From Myxococcales bacterium (GTDB lineage: Bacteria; Myxococcota_A; Polyangia; Polyangiales; Polyangiaceae): a stretch of 64,000 bases of DNA. The translations under genes and the position numbers were made by a program. This document shows, in pieces, positions 48,215 through 56,631 of this stretch. The stretch spans positions 32,001 to 96,000 of the forward strand of contig JAYTOU010000032.1 in assembly GCA_043747615.1 (NCBI GenBank), in the 5' to 3' direction. How positions within the stretch are numbered: the first letter of the stretch is position 1; every line of letters starts with the position of its first letter. The notes below the pieces were generated by a model. It was not told the DNA's origin. It saw nothing but the letters and a program-made list of their open reading frames with translations, and did not search any database.

Positions 48215-49135
48215 ATGGGTCCTGGGATCGCGCTCAGTTACGAATGCCAGGGGTACCAGTACGCCGCCCTAGTTCTTGTCGGCCTCGGGCTTGCCGGTGC
48301 GCTCTACTCGGTCGCGGCGGCGCCCACGCGGGTGGCCGGACGCCTCGGTCTCCGTGGTCTCAAGCGCACGCGTATGCTCGCAAAAAGCGAGGCGTGGCAG
48401 AACCTGGAACCGTTCGTTCGTTGGCTGGGCGTGCGGGTGAGCGGGCTCATCAGCGACGATTTGCGGACCAAGATCGACGAGGAAATTTCCCTCGCCGGCG
48501 ACTTCATGGGCCTCACCGCAGATGAGTACGTCGCACTCAGTATCATGACCTGCTTCGCCGGCTTGATCGGTGGTTACATTCTCGGACAAGTCGTGGGGTT
48601 CGGGAGCGTAGCCACGATCCCGCTGGCTCTTCTGGGAGCGTCGTACGTCTACATGACCGTCAGCGGCGTTGCGCAAGAGCGCCTAAAGGAAATCGGGCGC
48701 GGCCTCCCGTACATCGTCGATCTCATGGCCATGGCCATGGGCGCAGGGCTCGACTTCCCCGGTGCCGTCCGTCAGGTGGTCGAGAAGACCAGCCAACCGG
48801 ACGATCCGTTGGTCGAAGAATTTACCCTCATCTTGCAGACACTCAACTTCGGGCGCACACGCAAAGAGGCACTCATCGAGTTCCAGCGGCGTGCCCCGGT
48901 CGAGACCGTGAAAGAGTTCACCGGTGCGCTCATCCAAGCTGACGAGCGCGGTAATCCGGTCGCCGAGGTCTTGCAGATTCAAGCGACGACATCTCGTATG
49001 CGCCGCTCGGTGCGCGCAGAGGAAGCAGCTGCCAAAGCGGGCGTTGCTATCGTCGGACCGCTGATGCTCGTGTTCGTCGTCGTGCTCGGCCTCGTTCTGG
49101 GGCCCGCGATGCTCACCATCGGCAGCGGGTTCTAA
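48215..49135 (+). CDS. tadC: TadC inner-membrane platform protein
   Basis: 'LPYIVDLMAMAMGAGL', 'G.TRKEAL', 'LIQADERGNPV', 'RAEEAAAKA'. Confidence 0.9.
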   Translation: MGPGIALSYECQGYQYAALVLVGLGLAGALYSVAAAPTRVAGRLGLRGLKRTRMLAKSEAWQNLEPFVRWLGVRVSGLISDDLRTKIDEEISLAGDFMGLTADEYVALSIMTCFAGLIGGYILGQVVGFGSVATIPLALLGASYVYMTVSGVAQERLKEIGRGLPYIVDLMAMAMGAGLDFPGAVRQVVEKTSQPDDPLVEEFTLILQTLNFGRTRKEALIEFQRRAPVETVKEFTGALIQADERGNPVAEVLQIQATTSRMRRSVRAEEAAAKAGVAIVGPLMLVFVVVLGLVLGPAMLTIGSGF

Positions 49136-49154
49136 GAAGAAAAAGGGGAGCGTC

Positions 49155-50048
49155 GTGAGTGTCCTAAGGTTTCAGATACGACAGCCATCAGGTCAGGTTG
49201 ATCAGCTTCTCATCGAGTCGGAGCGCGTCCGCATCGGCAGCGGTGCCCACTGCGAAATTCGTCTTCCTCTCGATCAGGCCGCCATCGAGCATGCGCTGAT
49301 TCAGGTCGGCCCCGCGGGCGTCTTCGTTCAGGCGATGAGCTTTCAGCCTCCGCCGACCGTCAACAACGTCCCCTTCACGCAGGGTCCGCTCGCGCCCGAG
49401 TCCGTGCTCGGCATCGGTCAATTCCAGATCACCGTGGCCCTTGCCGCGGAAGGCGCTCAAGGCGCGGTCACCGCGAAAAAAAAGGGGGGGAGCAGCATGG
49501 TCTCCCTCGTCGCGCTGGTCGCGCTGATCGCCGGCGGCGCGTATTACTTCATGGGGGACACCGTCGCGACCGGCATCGTCGCGCCGAAGGACGCGCCGGA
49601 GCTCTGGGGGCCGGCCGTCGATGCGTGCCCGCAGCACAATCCGGAGCAAGCGATCGCCCTCGCCCGTGAACGAAACGTGGTAGCCGACGCCAAGCGCGAG
49701 CGGCGTCCTTTTCACGTCAAGGACGGCATCGACGCCGTGCCGCTCTACGAGCTTGCGTCGGTTTGTTACCGAGTGGCGGGCGATCAAAATGCCGCCGTCG
49801 AAACGGCCGGATCCGCTGTAGCGCTCCGCAAGGAGCTGAATGACGACTACCGAACGCATCGCGTGCGTCTCGATCACTTCCTTCACCTGGAAGATCCTCC
49901 GCCTCCCGATCCGCCGCTCAATTTGATCGCTGCACGCAAAGAGGTCCGTCTTCTCCTCCAGTTTACGGAGGGGAAGCAGGGGGACTACGTGAGCTGGCTT
50001 TCGAATCTCGATCGTAAGCTCAAACTCAAGCTCGGGCGACCGAGCTGA
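49155..50048 (+). CDS. FHA-like domain protein with one TM helix and a periplasmic helical domain
   Basis: 'VRIGSGAHCEIRL....AIEHA', 'LGIG', TM at about aa 115-132. SD AAGGGGAG. Confidence 0.75.
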   Translation: MSVLRFQIRQPSGQVDQLLIESERVRIGSGAHCEIRLPLDQAAIEHALIQVGPAGVFVQAMSFQPPPTVNNVPFTQGPLAPESVLGIGQFQITVALAAEGAQGAVTAKKKGGSSMVSLVALVALIAGGAYYFMGDTVATGIVAPKDAPELWGPAVDACPQHNPEQAIALARERNVVADAKRERRPFHVKDGIDAVPLYELASVCYRVAGDQNAAVETAGSAVALRKELNDDYRTHRVRLDHFLHLEDPPPPDPPLNLIAARKEVRLLLQFTEGKQGDYVSWLSNLDRKLKLKLGRPS

Positions 50049-50079
50049 GCTCACGGCCGAGATCTTAGGAGCAAGCGAA

Positions 50080-50664
50080 GTGCGTAGGATACTAGCGAGC
50101 AGCGTAGGAATCGCTGTTCTCACGTCCGCGCTCGCCGCGTGTGCGACCGCGGAGGGCGGCAACAAGATGCAGGCCGACCTCGCGCTCTACAAGAAGGACC
50201 ACAATCCGAAGCGGCTGATCGAGTACGGAAAAGGGTTCGCCGCGGTTGGCGATCTGACGCGCGCTGAGCAGTACTTCACAGCCGCGCTCGATGCAGGGGG
50301 CGACGACGCCGTCATCACCCCGCTGCTGCTCAAGGTCTGTATTCAAGATGGCCGCTACCGCGTCGCCATTCAGTACGGAGAGACCTTCCTCCGCAAACAC
50401 CCGAACGACGTCCGAACGCGCTTCGTGCTCGCTGCCCTTTACCTCGCGATCTCCGACAACGTAGCCGCACGTGTGCAATTCGAGCGCGTTCTCCAGGTAA
50501 AGCCCGAAGAAGCGGATGCACACTTTGCACTCGCGGTCTTGATGCGGGACAATCAACAAGACATAGTCACCGCGGATCGTCACTTCCGTGAGTACTTGCG
50601 GCTCAAGCCCGGTGGGGCCCATGCCGAAGAAGCCCAATCTTCCCTGCTCAAGAGCGTGCCATGA
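50080..50664 (+). CDS. TPR lipoprotein (TadD/pilotin-like)
   Basis: Lipobox LAAC, TPR-like helices ('ADAHFALAVL', 'FREYLRLKP'). Confidence 0.8.
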   Translation: MRRILASSVGIAVLTSALAACATAEGGNKMQADLALYKKDHNPKRLIEYGKGFAAVGDLTRAEQYFTAALDAGGDDAVITPLLLKVCIQDGRYRVAIQYGETFLRKHPNDVRTRFVLAALYLAISDNVAARVQFERVLQVKPEEADAHFALAVLMRDNQQDIVTADRHFREYLRLKPGGAHAEEAQSSLLKSVP

Positions 50665-51806
50665 CTGCGTCGGCGATTCCGAAAGAAGTTTTCGAAGAAA
50701 CGATCCTGCAGTTCTTCGCTCCCGTCCGTCCGTTTCTCGATGACCCCACGGTCAGCGAGATCATGATCAACGGACCGAATCAGATCTTCATCGAGCGAAA
50801 GGGGCAGCTCACGCTCACCGACGCCAAGTTCGTGAATCGCGAAGCCTTGCTGACCGCGCTGCGAAATCTCGCGCAATACGTAGGCAAGACCGCAGACGAG
50901 CAACGGCCGATTCTCGAAGGGCGCTTGCCCGACGGATCGCGCGTCGAAGCCGTTCTTCCCCCATGTGGACCCGACGGTCCGCACATCGCAATACGTCGAT
51001 TCTTCAAAGAGACACTCACGGTTCAGCGCTTGATCGGGTTCGGCGCGCTCACCGAAGACGCCGCGAGCACGCTGCATGCGCTCGTTGCGAGCAAGCTCAA
51101 CGTCTTGGTCGCCGGCGGTACGGGCTCCGGCAAGACCTCCATGCTCAACGCTCTTTCGTCCTACATCCCCGACGGCGAGCGCGTCGTCGTCATCGAGGAC
51201 TCACGCGAGCTCCAGCTTCAGCGAGAGCACGTCGTCCAGCTCGAGGGTCGACCGCCGGATGCGAAGGGTCGGTTTGGGGTCAGCATCCGAGATCTTTTCA
51301 AGGCTACGCTGCGTATGAGGCCTGACCGCATCGTCGTCGGAGAAATCCGCGGCGGCGAGGCCCTCGATCTGATCCAAGCCATGACCTCCGGTCACGGCGG
51401 TTGCCTTTCGACGCTCCACGCAACGTATCCCAGAGACACGATGACCCGCTTCGAGACGATGGCGATGATGAGCGACATCGAGATGCCCCTCGTCGCGCTC
51501 CGCATCCAGATCGGATCGGCCGTAAACGCGATCTGTCAAGTGGCGCGCCTCCAGGACGGATCACGTAAGATCACCCACATTACCGAAGTTCTCGGCTTCG
51601 ACGAGAAGTTGGGAGTCTACGAAATGCAGGATATCTTCGTACGGAAGTACAAGGGCACTGGGTCCAAAGGGGAGATCTTGAGCGACTTCGTTCCGTCTGG
51701 GATCATGCCGAGATGCATCGAGCAGATACACGAGCACGGGGTAGATCTTCCCGCCGCTGTCCACGATGCCGTGGCGCGACGCAACGCTGGACACGTCGAT
51801 GGCTGA
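50661..51806 (+). CDS. cpaF: Second CpaF/TadA-family ATPase (no FHA domain)
   Basis: 'EIMINGP', 'RLPDGSRV', GGTGSGKT, 'LRMRPDRIVVGEIRGGE', 'SGHGG.LSTLHA'. Confidence 0.93.
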   Translation: MTASAIPKEVFEETILQFFAPVRPFLDDPTVSEIMINGPNQIFIERKGQLTLTDAKFVNREALLTALRNLAQYVGKTADEQRPILEGRLPDGSRVEAVLPPCGPDGPHIAIRRFFKETLTVQRLIGFGALTEDAASTLHALVASKLNVLVAGGTGSGKTSMLNALSSYIPDGERVVVIEDSRELQLQREHVVQLEGRPPDAKGRFGVSIRDLFKATLRMRPDRIVVGEIRGGEALDLIQAMTSGHGGCLSTLHATYPRDTMTRFETMAMMSDIEMPLVALRIQIGSAVNAICQVARLQDGSRKITHITEVLGFDEKLGVYEMQDIFVRKYKGTGSKGEILSDFVPSGIMPRCIEQIHEHGVDLPAAVHDAVARRNAGHVDG

Positions 51807-53223
51807 CGCGGGACAAGTAATCGAGATTCGGAGCGGGACTGGCGAAGGCGATCCCTCGTCGATGGCGCTCACGGCCGGAACCGTGCTCAAACCAACGAGC
51901 GTGGGTCGCTCCGGCATGTGGCGCGTCGACGGCCAAGGCGTGCTCGACGTCCACGGATACGTCTACTTCGACGGCAAAGCGCTCTTCGTGCAGAGCGCCG
52001 ACGACAAGTCGCCCGTCATGGTCAACAATCATCGCGTGGGAACGGCGTGGACCCAGGTCCATGCACCGAGCACGATTGCGCTCGGCCAAACGGAGCTGAT
52101 CTACAAGTCAAACGCCAAGGAATACGAAGACGGCGACATGACCGTTGCGCAGCCGCTGGGTGCAGGCGGAGGGCGCGCACCCGACTCGGAGCGAACGCGC
52201 GCCATCGCACATCCCGCGATGTTCAAGCCGAACAGCGGTGAGTTTGCGAGCCGTGCAGACGACGAGTCCACGCGCTTCAACCCCGTCGCGATGGGTCAAG
52301 CCCACCAGCAGGACGCGCGCCCGATGGCCCGCCCTGCGGCGGGAATGATGGCCGGCTTCCCTCCTCCGCAGATGGAGGCCGCGAGTGCCCCTCAGCCAAT
52401 GATGAACCAGCTACCTCCGGGCATGCAGGGCATGCAGGGCATGCAGGGAATGCACGGCGGCGGCATGCAGGGAATGCAAGGCATGCAAGGAATGCCCCCC
52501 GGAATGCAGGGCATGCAAGGCATGCAAGGTCAGCCCGGAATGCAGGGCATGAATCAGAATCCGTGGGGCGGTGGCACCGGGCCCCAGCAACAAATCGTTG
52601 CCGCGCCCGCGAAGACCGGTTTCGGCCTCGACTCCCTGAAAGCCGACTGGAACGCTGCGTCGACTCCGAAGAAGCTTCTCCTTGGAATGGGGCCGTTCCT
52701 CATTCTGGCGGTGATCTTCGCGTGGCCGTCCGATGACGGAAAAGGGCCTAGCCCGGCGCCGTCCGTAAGTGCAATGACGTCGATGAGCGCGCCCGGTCAG
52801 CTTCCCATGATGCAGAACGGCGGGATGCAGAACGGTCAGACCCCCGGGGGACAGACGTTGCCGATGGGCAATGGGCTCGGCGGCGCAAATTCGTTCAATT
52901 CGAATCCTGGAGCAGGAATGGGTAACACCGGAGGCGGTGTTCAATTGGGGGTTTCGCCGGTTGCTGCAACGCCAACCCCGCCTCCCGCAGTTCCGACCCC
53001 ACCGCCGTCAAGTTCCGCGAAAAGCGCCACCCCCGCGGCCTCCGCGGCAGCGGGCACCACGCCCCTCAAGAAATCTCAAGAGCGCCTCGCAGCAGACGCA
53101 TGGACCGAAGGCAACTTCGAGCTCGCGTCGAAGCTCTACGAGCAGCTGTCGCAGCAGCATCCGGAGAACCCTGCGTTCCGCGAAGCCGCGCGCATCTGCC
53201 ACGAGAAGATGTCCACGCATTGA
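51799..53223 (+). CDS. Degenerate FHA-domain bitopic protein with GMQ repeats and a C-terminal TPR-like helix pair
   Basis: 'SVGR', 'VMVN', 'IALG' FHA-like cues, low-complexity Met/Gly/Gln region, TM 'LLLGMGPFLILAVIFAW'. Start MADAG at 51799. Confidence 0.75.
   Translation: MADAGQVIEIRSGTGEGDPSSMALTAGTVLKPTSVGRSGMWRVDGQGVLDVHGYVYFDGKALFVQSADDKSPVMVNNHRVGTAWTQVHAPSTIALGQTELIYKSNAKEYEDGDMTVAQPLGAGGGRAPDSERTRAIAHPAMFKPNSGEFASRADDESTRFNPVAMGQAHQQDARPMARPAAGMMAGFPPPQMEAASAPQPMMNQLPPGMQGMQGMQGMHGGGMQGMQGMQGMPPGMQGMQGMQGQPGMQGMNQNPWGGGTGPQQQIVAAPAKTGFGLDSLKADWNAASTPKKLLLGMGPFLILAVIFAWPSDDGKGPSPAPSVSAMTSMSAPGQLPMMQNGGMQNGQTPGGQTLPMGNGLGGANSFNSNPGAGMGNTGGGVQLGVSPVAATPTPPPAVPTPPPSSSAKSATPAASAAAGTTPLKKSQERLAADAWTEGNFELASKLYEQLSQQHPENPAFREAARICHEKMSTH
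52420..52554 (+). repeat. Coding 9-bp tandem repeat GG(C/A)ATGCA(G/A) encoding (GMQ)n
   Basis: Ten GMQ triplets plus GMH, GMP and GMN variants, arranged in blocks. Confidence 0.92.
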
Positions 53224-53327
53224 GCGGTATGTCGCATGGACGACGCCGGTGGTCTCATGACGATCCAGTGATCGCTCAGAACCGGCCAAAGCGTATTGAT
53301 TTTACAGCGCTTTTCGGTCGGCCGCCC

Positions 53328-53344
53328 TTGGCCCCTTCCGTGCA
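53328..53344 (+). promoter_or_regulatory. Sigma-54-like promoter upstream of the heme-lipoprotein operon
   Basis: TTGGCCCC-ttcc-GTGCA: GG and GC at exact -24/-12 spacing. Confidence 0.5.
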
Positions 53345-53374
53345 GCATGGTGACGTATGCGGCCCGGACGAGCG

Positions 53375-54574
53375 ATGAGCATGAAGGGGCAACAGTGCCT
53401 CCTGGCGTGCGTATTCGTCCTCGGCGCTGCACTGGCAGCGACAGCGGCTTGCGACAACACGCCAGGCGGCCTCACCGACAACCCCGGCGACATGGGGAGC
53501 GGCGGCGGCGGTAACGGCGGCGCAGGGGGCTTCGACGGCGGCGGCACGGCAACCGAGAGCGCGCGGCTTGCGGAGAAGCTTTTCCACGAGACCGTCGAGC
53601 CCGGTCTGAACATGAAGTGCGGCGGCCTCTGCCACGTCGAGGGCACCACTGGAAACGCGCCGACCTTTTTAAAGCTCCCGACCTACGCGACGGTCAAAGC
53701 CTATCCCGGCTTCGTCACCGACGACGTCTTCGCGAGCAAGCTCCTCACGAAGCCGAACCACCTCGGTGTTTCGCTCGTCGACGACAGCAACAAGGACCTC
53801 CGCGAGAAGGTCACCGCGTGGCTCAATCAGGAAGCCCTGGCCCTCAAGGAAGCGATTCTTCCGTCTACGGACCCGATCACGATCGTCAACGGCGTGAACA
53901 CCGTCGACATCAGCAAAGGCGGCACGGGCGTCGACGGGGCGAAGATCACCTTCAACGCCACCATCACCACGCTGTCCACCGACACGATCATCGAGTTTAC
54001 GAACCTGAATCTGGTGACGCCGACGGCGACGGGCGTGCACGTCGTTCACCCGTACTTCACCATGCTCCCGTCCACCGACGGTGGCGCGCCGAAGCGCGAC
54101 GCAAGCGACCACTTTTCGAACCTCGACCAGACTACCGCTGCTGCGTCGACGGCCCCCCTCGGCGACGGCACGCTCTACATTTATCACTGGGTGATGGGCG
54201 CACAGCTGAAGATTGAATTCACCAAGCTCGGCACGGGCACCACGAAGGACGGCGGCACCACCAGCGGCGGCTGCAAGCAGGTCGCGAGCTTCGTCACCAA
54301 CGCGATTCCCGCGCTCCAGAACGACACGTGCCTCAATTGCCACCAAGGTCAGAACGGCGGAGCAACCGGCGCGCTTGACCTCTCCAAAGTCGGCACGGAC
54401 AACGCGGCGGCGTGCGCGCAGGCGCTCACGAAAGTGAACCTCACGAACAAGCCGATGAGCCCCCTTCTGCTCGCGCCTTTGATGGGAGATCCGTTCCCGC
54501 ACGGCGGCGGCAAGATTGTCGCTGCAGGCAGCGCCTACGAAACGATGATGACCACGTGGATCAACGCCGAATAA
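53375..54574 (+). CDS. Di-heme c-type cytochrome lipoprotein
   Basis: Lipobox TAAC, heme motifs CGGLCH (CX3CH) and CLNCH. Each heme domain is followed by an 'S.LL..P...H' segment. Confidence 0.78.
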   Translation: MSMKGQQCLLACVFVLGAALAATAACDNTPGGLTDNPGDMGSGGGGNGGAGGFDGGGTATESARLAEKLFHETVEPGLNMKCGGLCHVEGTTGNAPTFLKLPTYATVKAYPGFVTDDVFASKLLTKPNHLGVSLVDDSNKDLREKVTAWLNQEALALKEAILPSTDPITIVNGVNTVDISKGGTGVDGAKITFNATITTLSTDTIIEFTNLNLVTPTATGVHVVHPYFTMLPSTDGGAPKRDASDHFSNLDQTTAAASTAPLGDGTLYIYHWVMGAQLKIEFTKLGTGTTKDGGTTSGGCKQVASFVTNAIPALQNDTCLNCHQGQNGGATGALDLSKVGTDNAAACAQALTKVNLTNKPMSPLLLAPLMGDPFPHGGGKIVAAGSAYETMMTTWINAE

Positions 54575-54656
54575 CTCCCGCGAGCTCAGTCCACACTGAT
54601 TTCGCTGAAAAGAAAGCACAACAACCGTGATTGACCAGAAGGAAGGAAGGCACACG

Positions 54657-55898
54657 ATGCGAGCTCGTACATTGCGAAATTCCGCTTGGAAAATCGCTGC
54701 TCTCGGCATCGCGGTCGCGGTGGCGGGCTGCGGCAACTCGGGAGGCGGAATTCCCGGCCCCGCAAACACCACCGGTGACGGCTGGAACAACACGAACAAC
54801 AACAACCCCGGTGGCGCGCCCGGCGGCGGAGCTCCTGGAGCACCGGCAACCCCCGGAGCGACCGGCAACGTGAGCCTCGATTCGCGAGTGCTCGACTACG
54901 GCGAAGCCCTTCGCACGGCCAGCTTGAAGCTCGTTGGTGATCTGCCGAGCCTCGCGGAGATCAACGCGGTGAAGGCAGGCGGCAAAGCGGTTTACGAGGC
55001 GAAGATCGATTCGCTTCTCTCCGACCCGCGTTTCGCCATGAAGCAAATCGCCTGGTGGAAAGACACCCTCAAGACCGGTAACCAAGGCACGCCGGCAATG
55101 GGCGCACCCGACTTCAATACCGCGGCCACGTTTGCCGCGTCAGTGGTCGTCGGCGATCGGCCTTACACCGACCTCTTCACGGCATCGACGGGCACCTGCC
55201 CCACGTACGCGACCGGTGCCTTCACTCCTGGCAATTGCGCGGGAACGGGACCGACGGCTGGTCTTCTCACCGACGCGGGCCTCATGTCGCAGTACTTCGC
55301 GAACATGGCTTTCCGCCGCGTGCGCTTCGTCCAAGAGACGTTCGTGTGCTCGAAGTATCCGACGGAGTTCGGGCCTGCGCCGAAGCCGATGGGATCCGGC
55401 GCGTATACGAGCCCTTGGGACTTCAACAGCATCACTGGCGGCACCACGGCGCGCATCAACTTCCAGGATACGTCCGCCGTCATCTGCGCGAATTGCCACA
55501 CGACGATGAACCATCAGGCTCCGCTGTTTGCGCACTTCGATGCGAACGGAGCGTTCAACACGGCCATCCAGGTGAAGACCCCTTCGGCAGGCAATCCCAC
55601 CGCCGTCCTCACGGACTGGCTCCCCGCCGGCCAGGCATTCTACTGGCGCAGCGGCGGAGCGGCAGTCACCGACATTCCCGGTCTCGGCGCTGAAATGGCC
55701 AAGGATCCGGCGGTCGCTCGCTGCGCCGTCAATCGCATCTGGAACCAAGCCATGTCGCGCGGTGACATCGTGAACGACCTCGCTTCGATCCCGGACATCG
55801 TCACCGACCCGCTGGTCAAGGACTTCACCGACAATGGGTTCAAGATGAAACGGGTCATTCGTAACGTGTTCACCTCCGACGACTTCGTGAAATTCTAA
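54657..55898 (+). CDS. Heme-motif lipoprotein resembling DUF1549/DUF1588/DUF1585-type proteins
   Basis: Lipobox VAGC, 'LRTASLKLVG.LPS', 'AGLLT', CANCH, C-terminal 'ARCAVNRIW...MSR...F..NGF.MK.VIR.VFTSDDF'. Confidence 0.75.
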   Translation: MRARTLRNSAWKIAALGIAVAVAGCGNSGGGIPGPANTTGDGWNNTNNNNPGGAPGGGAPGAPATPGATGNVSLDSRVLDYGEALRTASLKLVGDLPSLAEINAVKAGGKAVYEAKIDSLLSDPRFAMKQIAWWKDTLKTGNQGTPAMGAPDFNTAATFAASVVVGDRPYTDLFTASTGTCPTYATGAFTPGNCAGTGPTAGLLTDAGLMSQYFANMAFRRVRFVQETFVCSKYPTEFGPAPKPMGSGAYTSPWDFNSITGGTTARINFQDTSAVICANCHTTMNHQAPLFAHFDANGAFNTAIQVKTPSAGNPTAVLTDWLPAGQAFYWRSGGAAVTDIPGLGAEMAKDPAVARCAVNRIWNQAMSRGDIVNDLASIPDIVTDPLVKDFTDNGFKMKRVIRNVFTSDDFVKF

Positions 55899-55917
55899 GG
55901 GAGGAGAGAAAAAGACC

Positions 55918-56619
55918 ATGAAAAATATTGCTCTCACTCTCATCGCCACCGCGGCATTCGCCCTCACGGGATGCTCGAACGGCGCGAACGACAGCCTCTC
56001 GGGCTCGGACGGCAACTCGTACGACCCGAACTCTCTCGCCGCAGGGAACGACACCCAGCACCACTTCAAGGATCCGGGCACCGGAGACAACGGCGTCAAC
56101 GATCCTACCCAGACGAGCGCAGACAATTCGGCCGTCGGCTCACCGGAAGTGGTCGCGCGTCTTCACTCATGCGCGAAGATTCCGTACGCGGCTCTGGGGT
56201 CCATCCTCTCCAGCCGCGGCGTAAACACGAAGTCCACGACTGCCAACTCGGCAGGCGCCATCTACAGCCAAGGCCGCTCGGCACTCGGCGTCGCGAACTA
56301 CCCTGGGCGCGTTCCCGAAGCACTCGTCGCGTCGACCGCAGCTGTCTCGAAGGAGTTCGACGTCTTCGTTGCGGCAGCTGGTGAGATTCAGGCAAACTTC
56401 GCAACGGCCACAGCCTGCACCGGAGCAACGCTCCTCGACGCGGGCGGCAAGTTCACGATGGACGGTCTTTCATGCATCATGGGTAAGCCGGCGACAGACG
56501 AGCACGTCTTCATCGCCAATCAAGCGGTAACCGAAGCGCAAGCTCAGGGCCTCACCTTGGCGGACGGTCAGAAGATCGCCATCGCCTCGCTGCTCGAAGC
56601 AGCGCACACCTGCGAATAA
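55918..56619 (+). CDS. Hypothetical lipoprotein of the heme/DUF1501 operon
   Basis: Strong SD, lipobox LTGC, four further Cys, no CxxCH. Confidence 0.78.
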   Translation: MKNIALTLIATAAFALTGCSNGANDSLSGSDGNSYDPNSLAAGNDTQHHFKDPGTGDNGVNDPTQTSADNSAVGSPEVVARLHSCAKIPYAALGSILSSRGVNTKSTTANSAGAIYSQGRSALGVANYPGRVPEALVASTAAVSKEFDVFVAAAGEIQANFATATACTGATLLDAGGKFTMDGLSCIMGKPATDEHVFIANQAVTEAQAQGLTLADGQKIAIASLLEAAHTCE

Positions 56620-56631
56620 AGGAGTCCTGTC

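Noticed and set aside
44094..51806. Type II, III or IV secretion system
   Set aside because: Flp pilins, CpaB, TadB/TadC and CpaF-type motifs identify it as Tad.
52420..52554. Tandem repeats here and at 27430-27572 as a possible CRISPR array
   Set aside because: Short in-frame coding repeats without unique spacers. No cas genes in the window.
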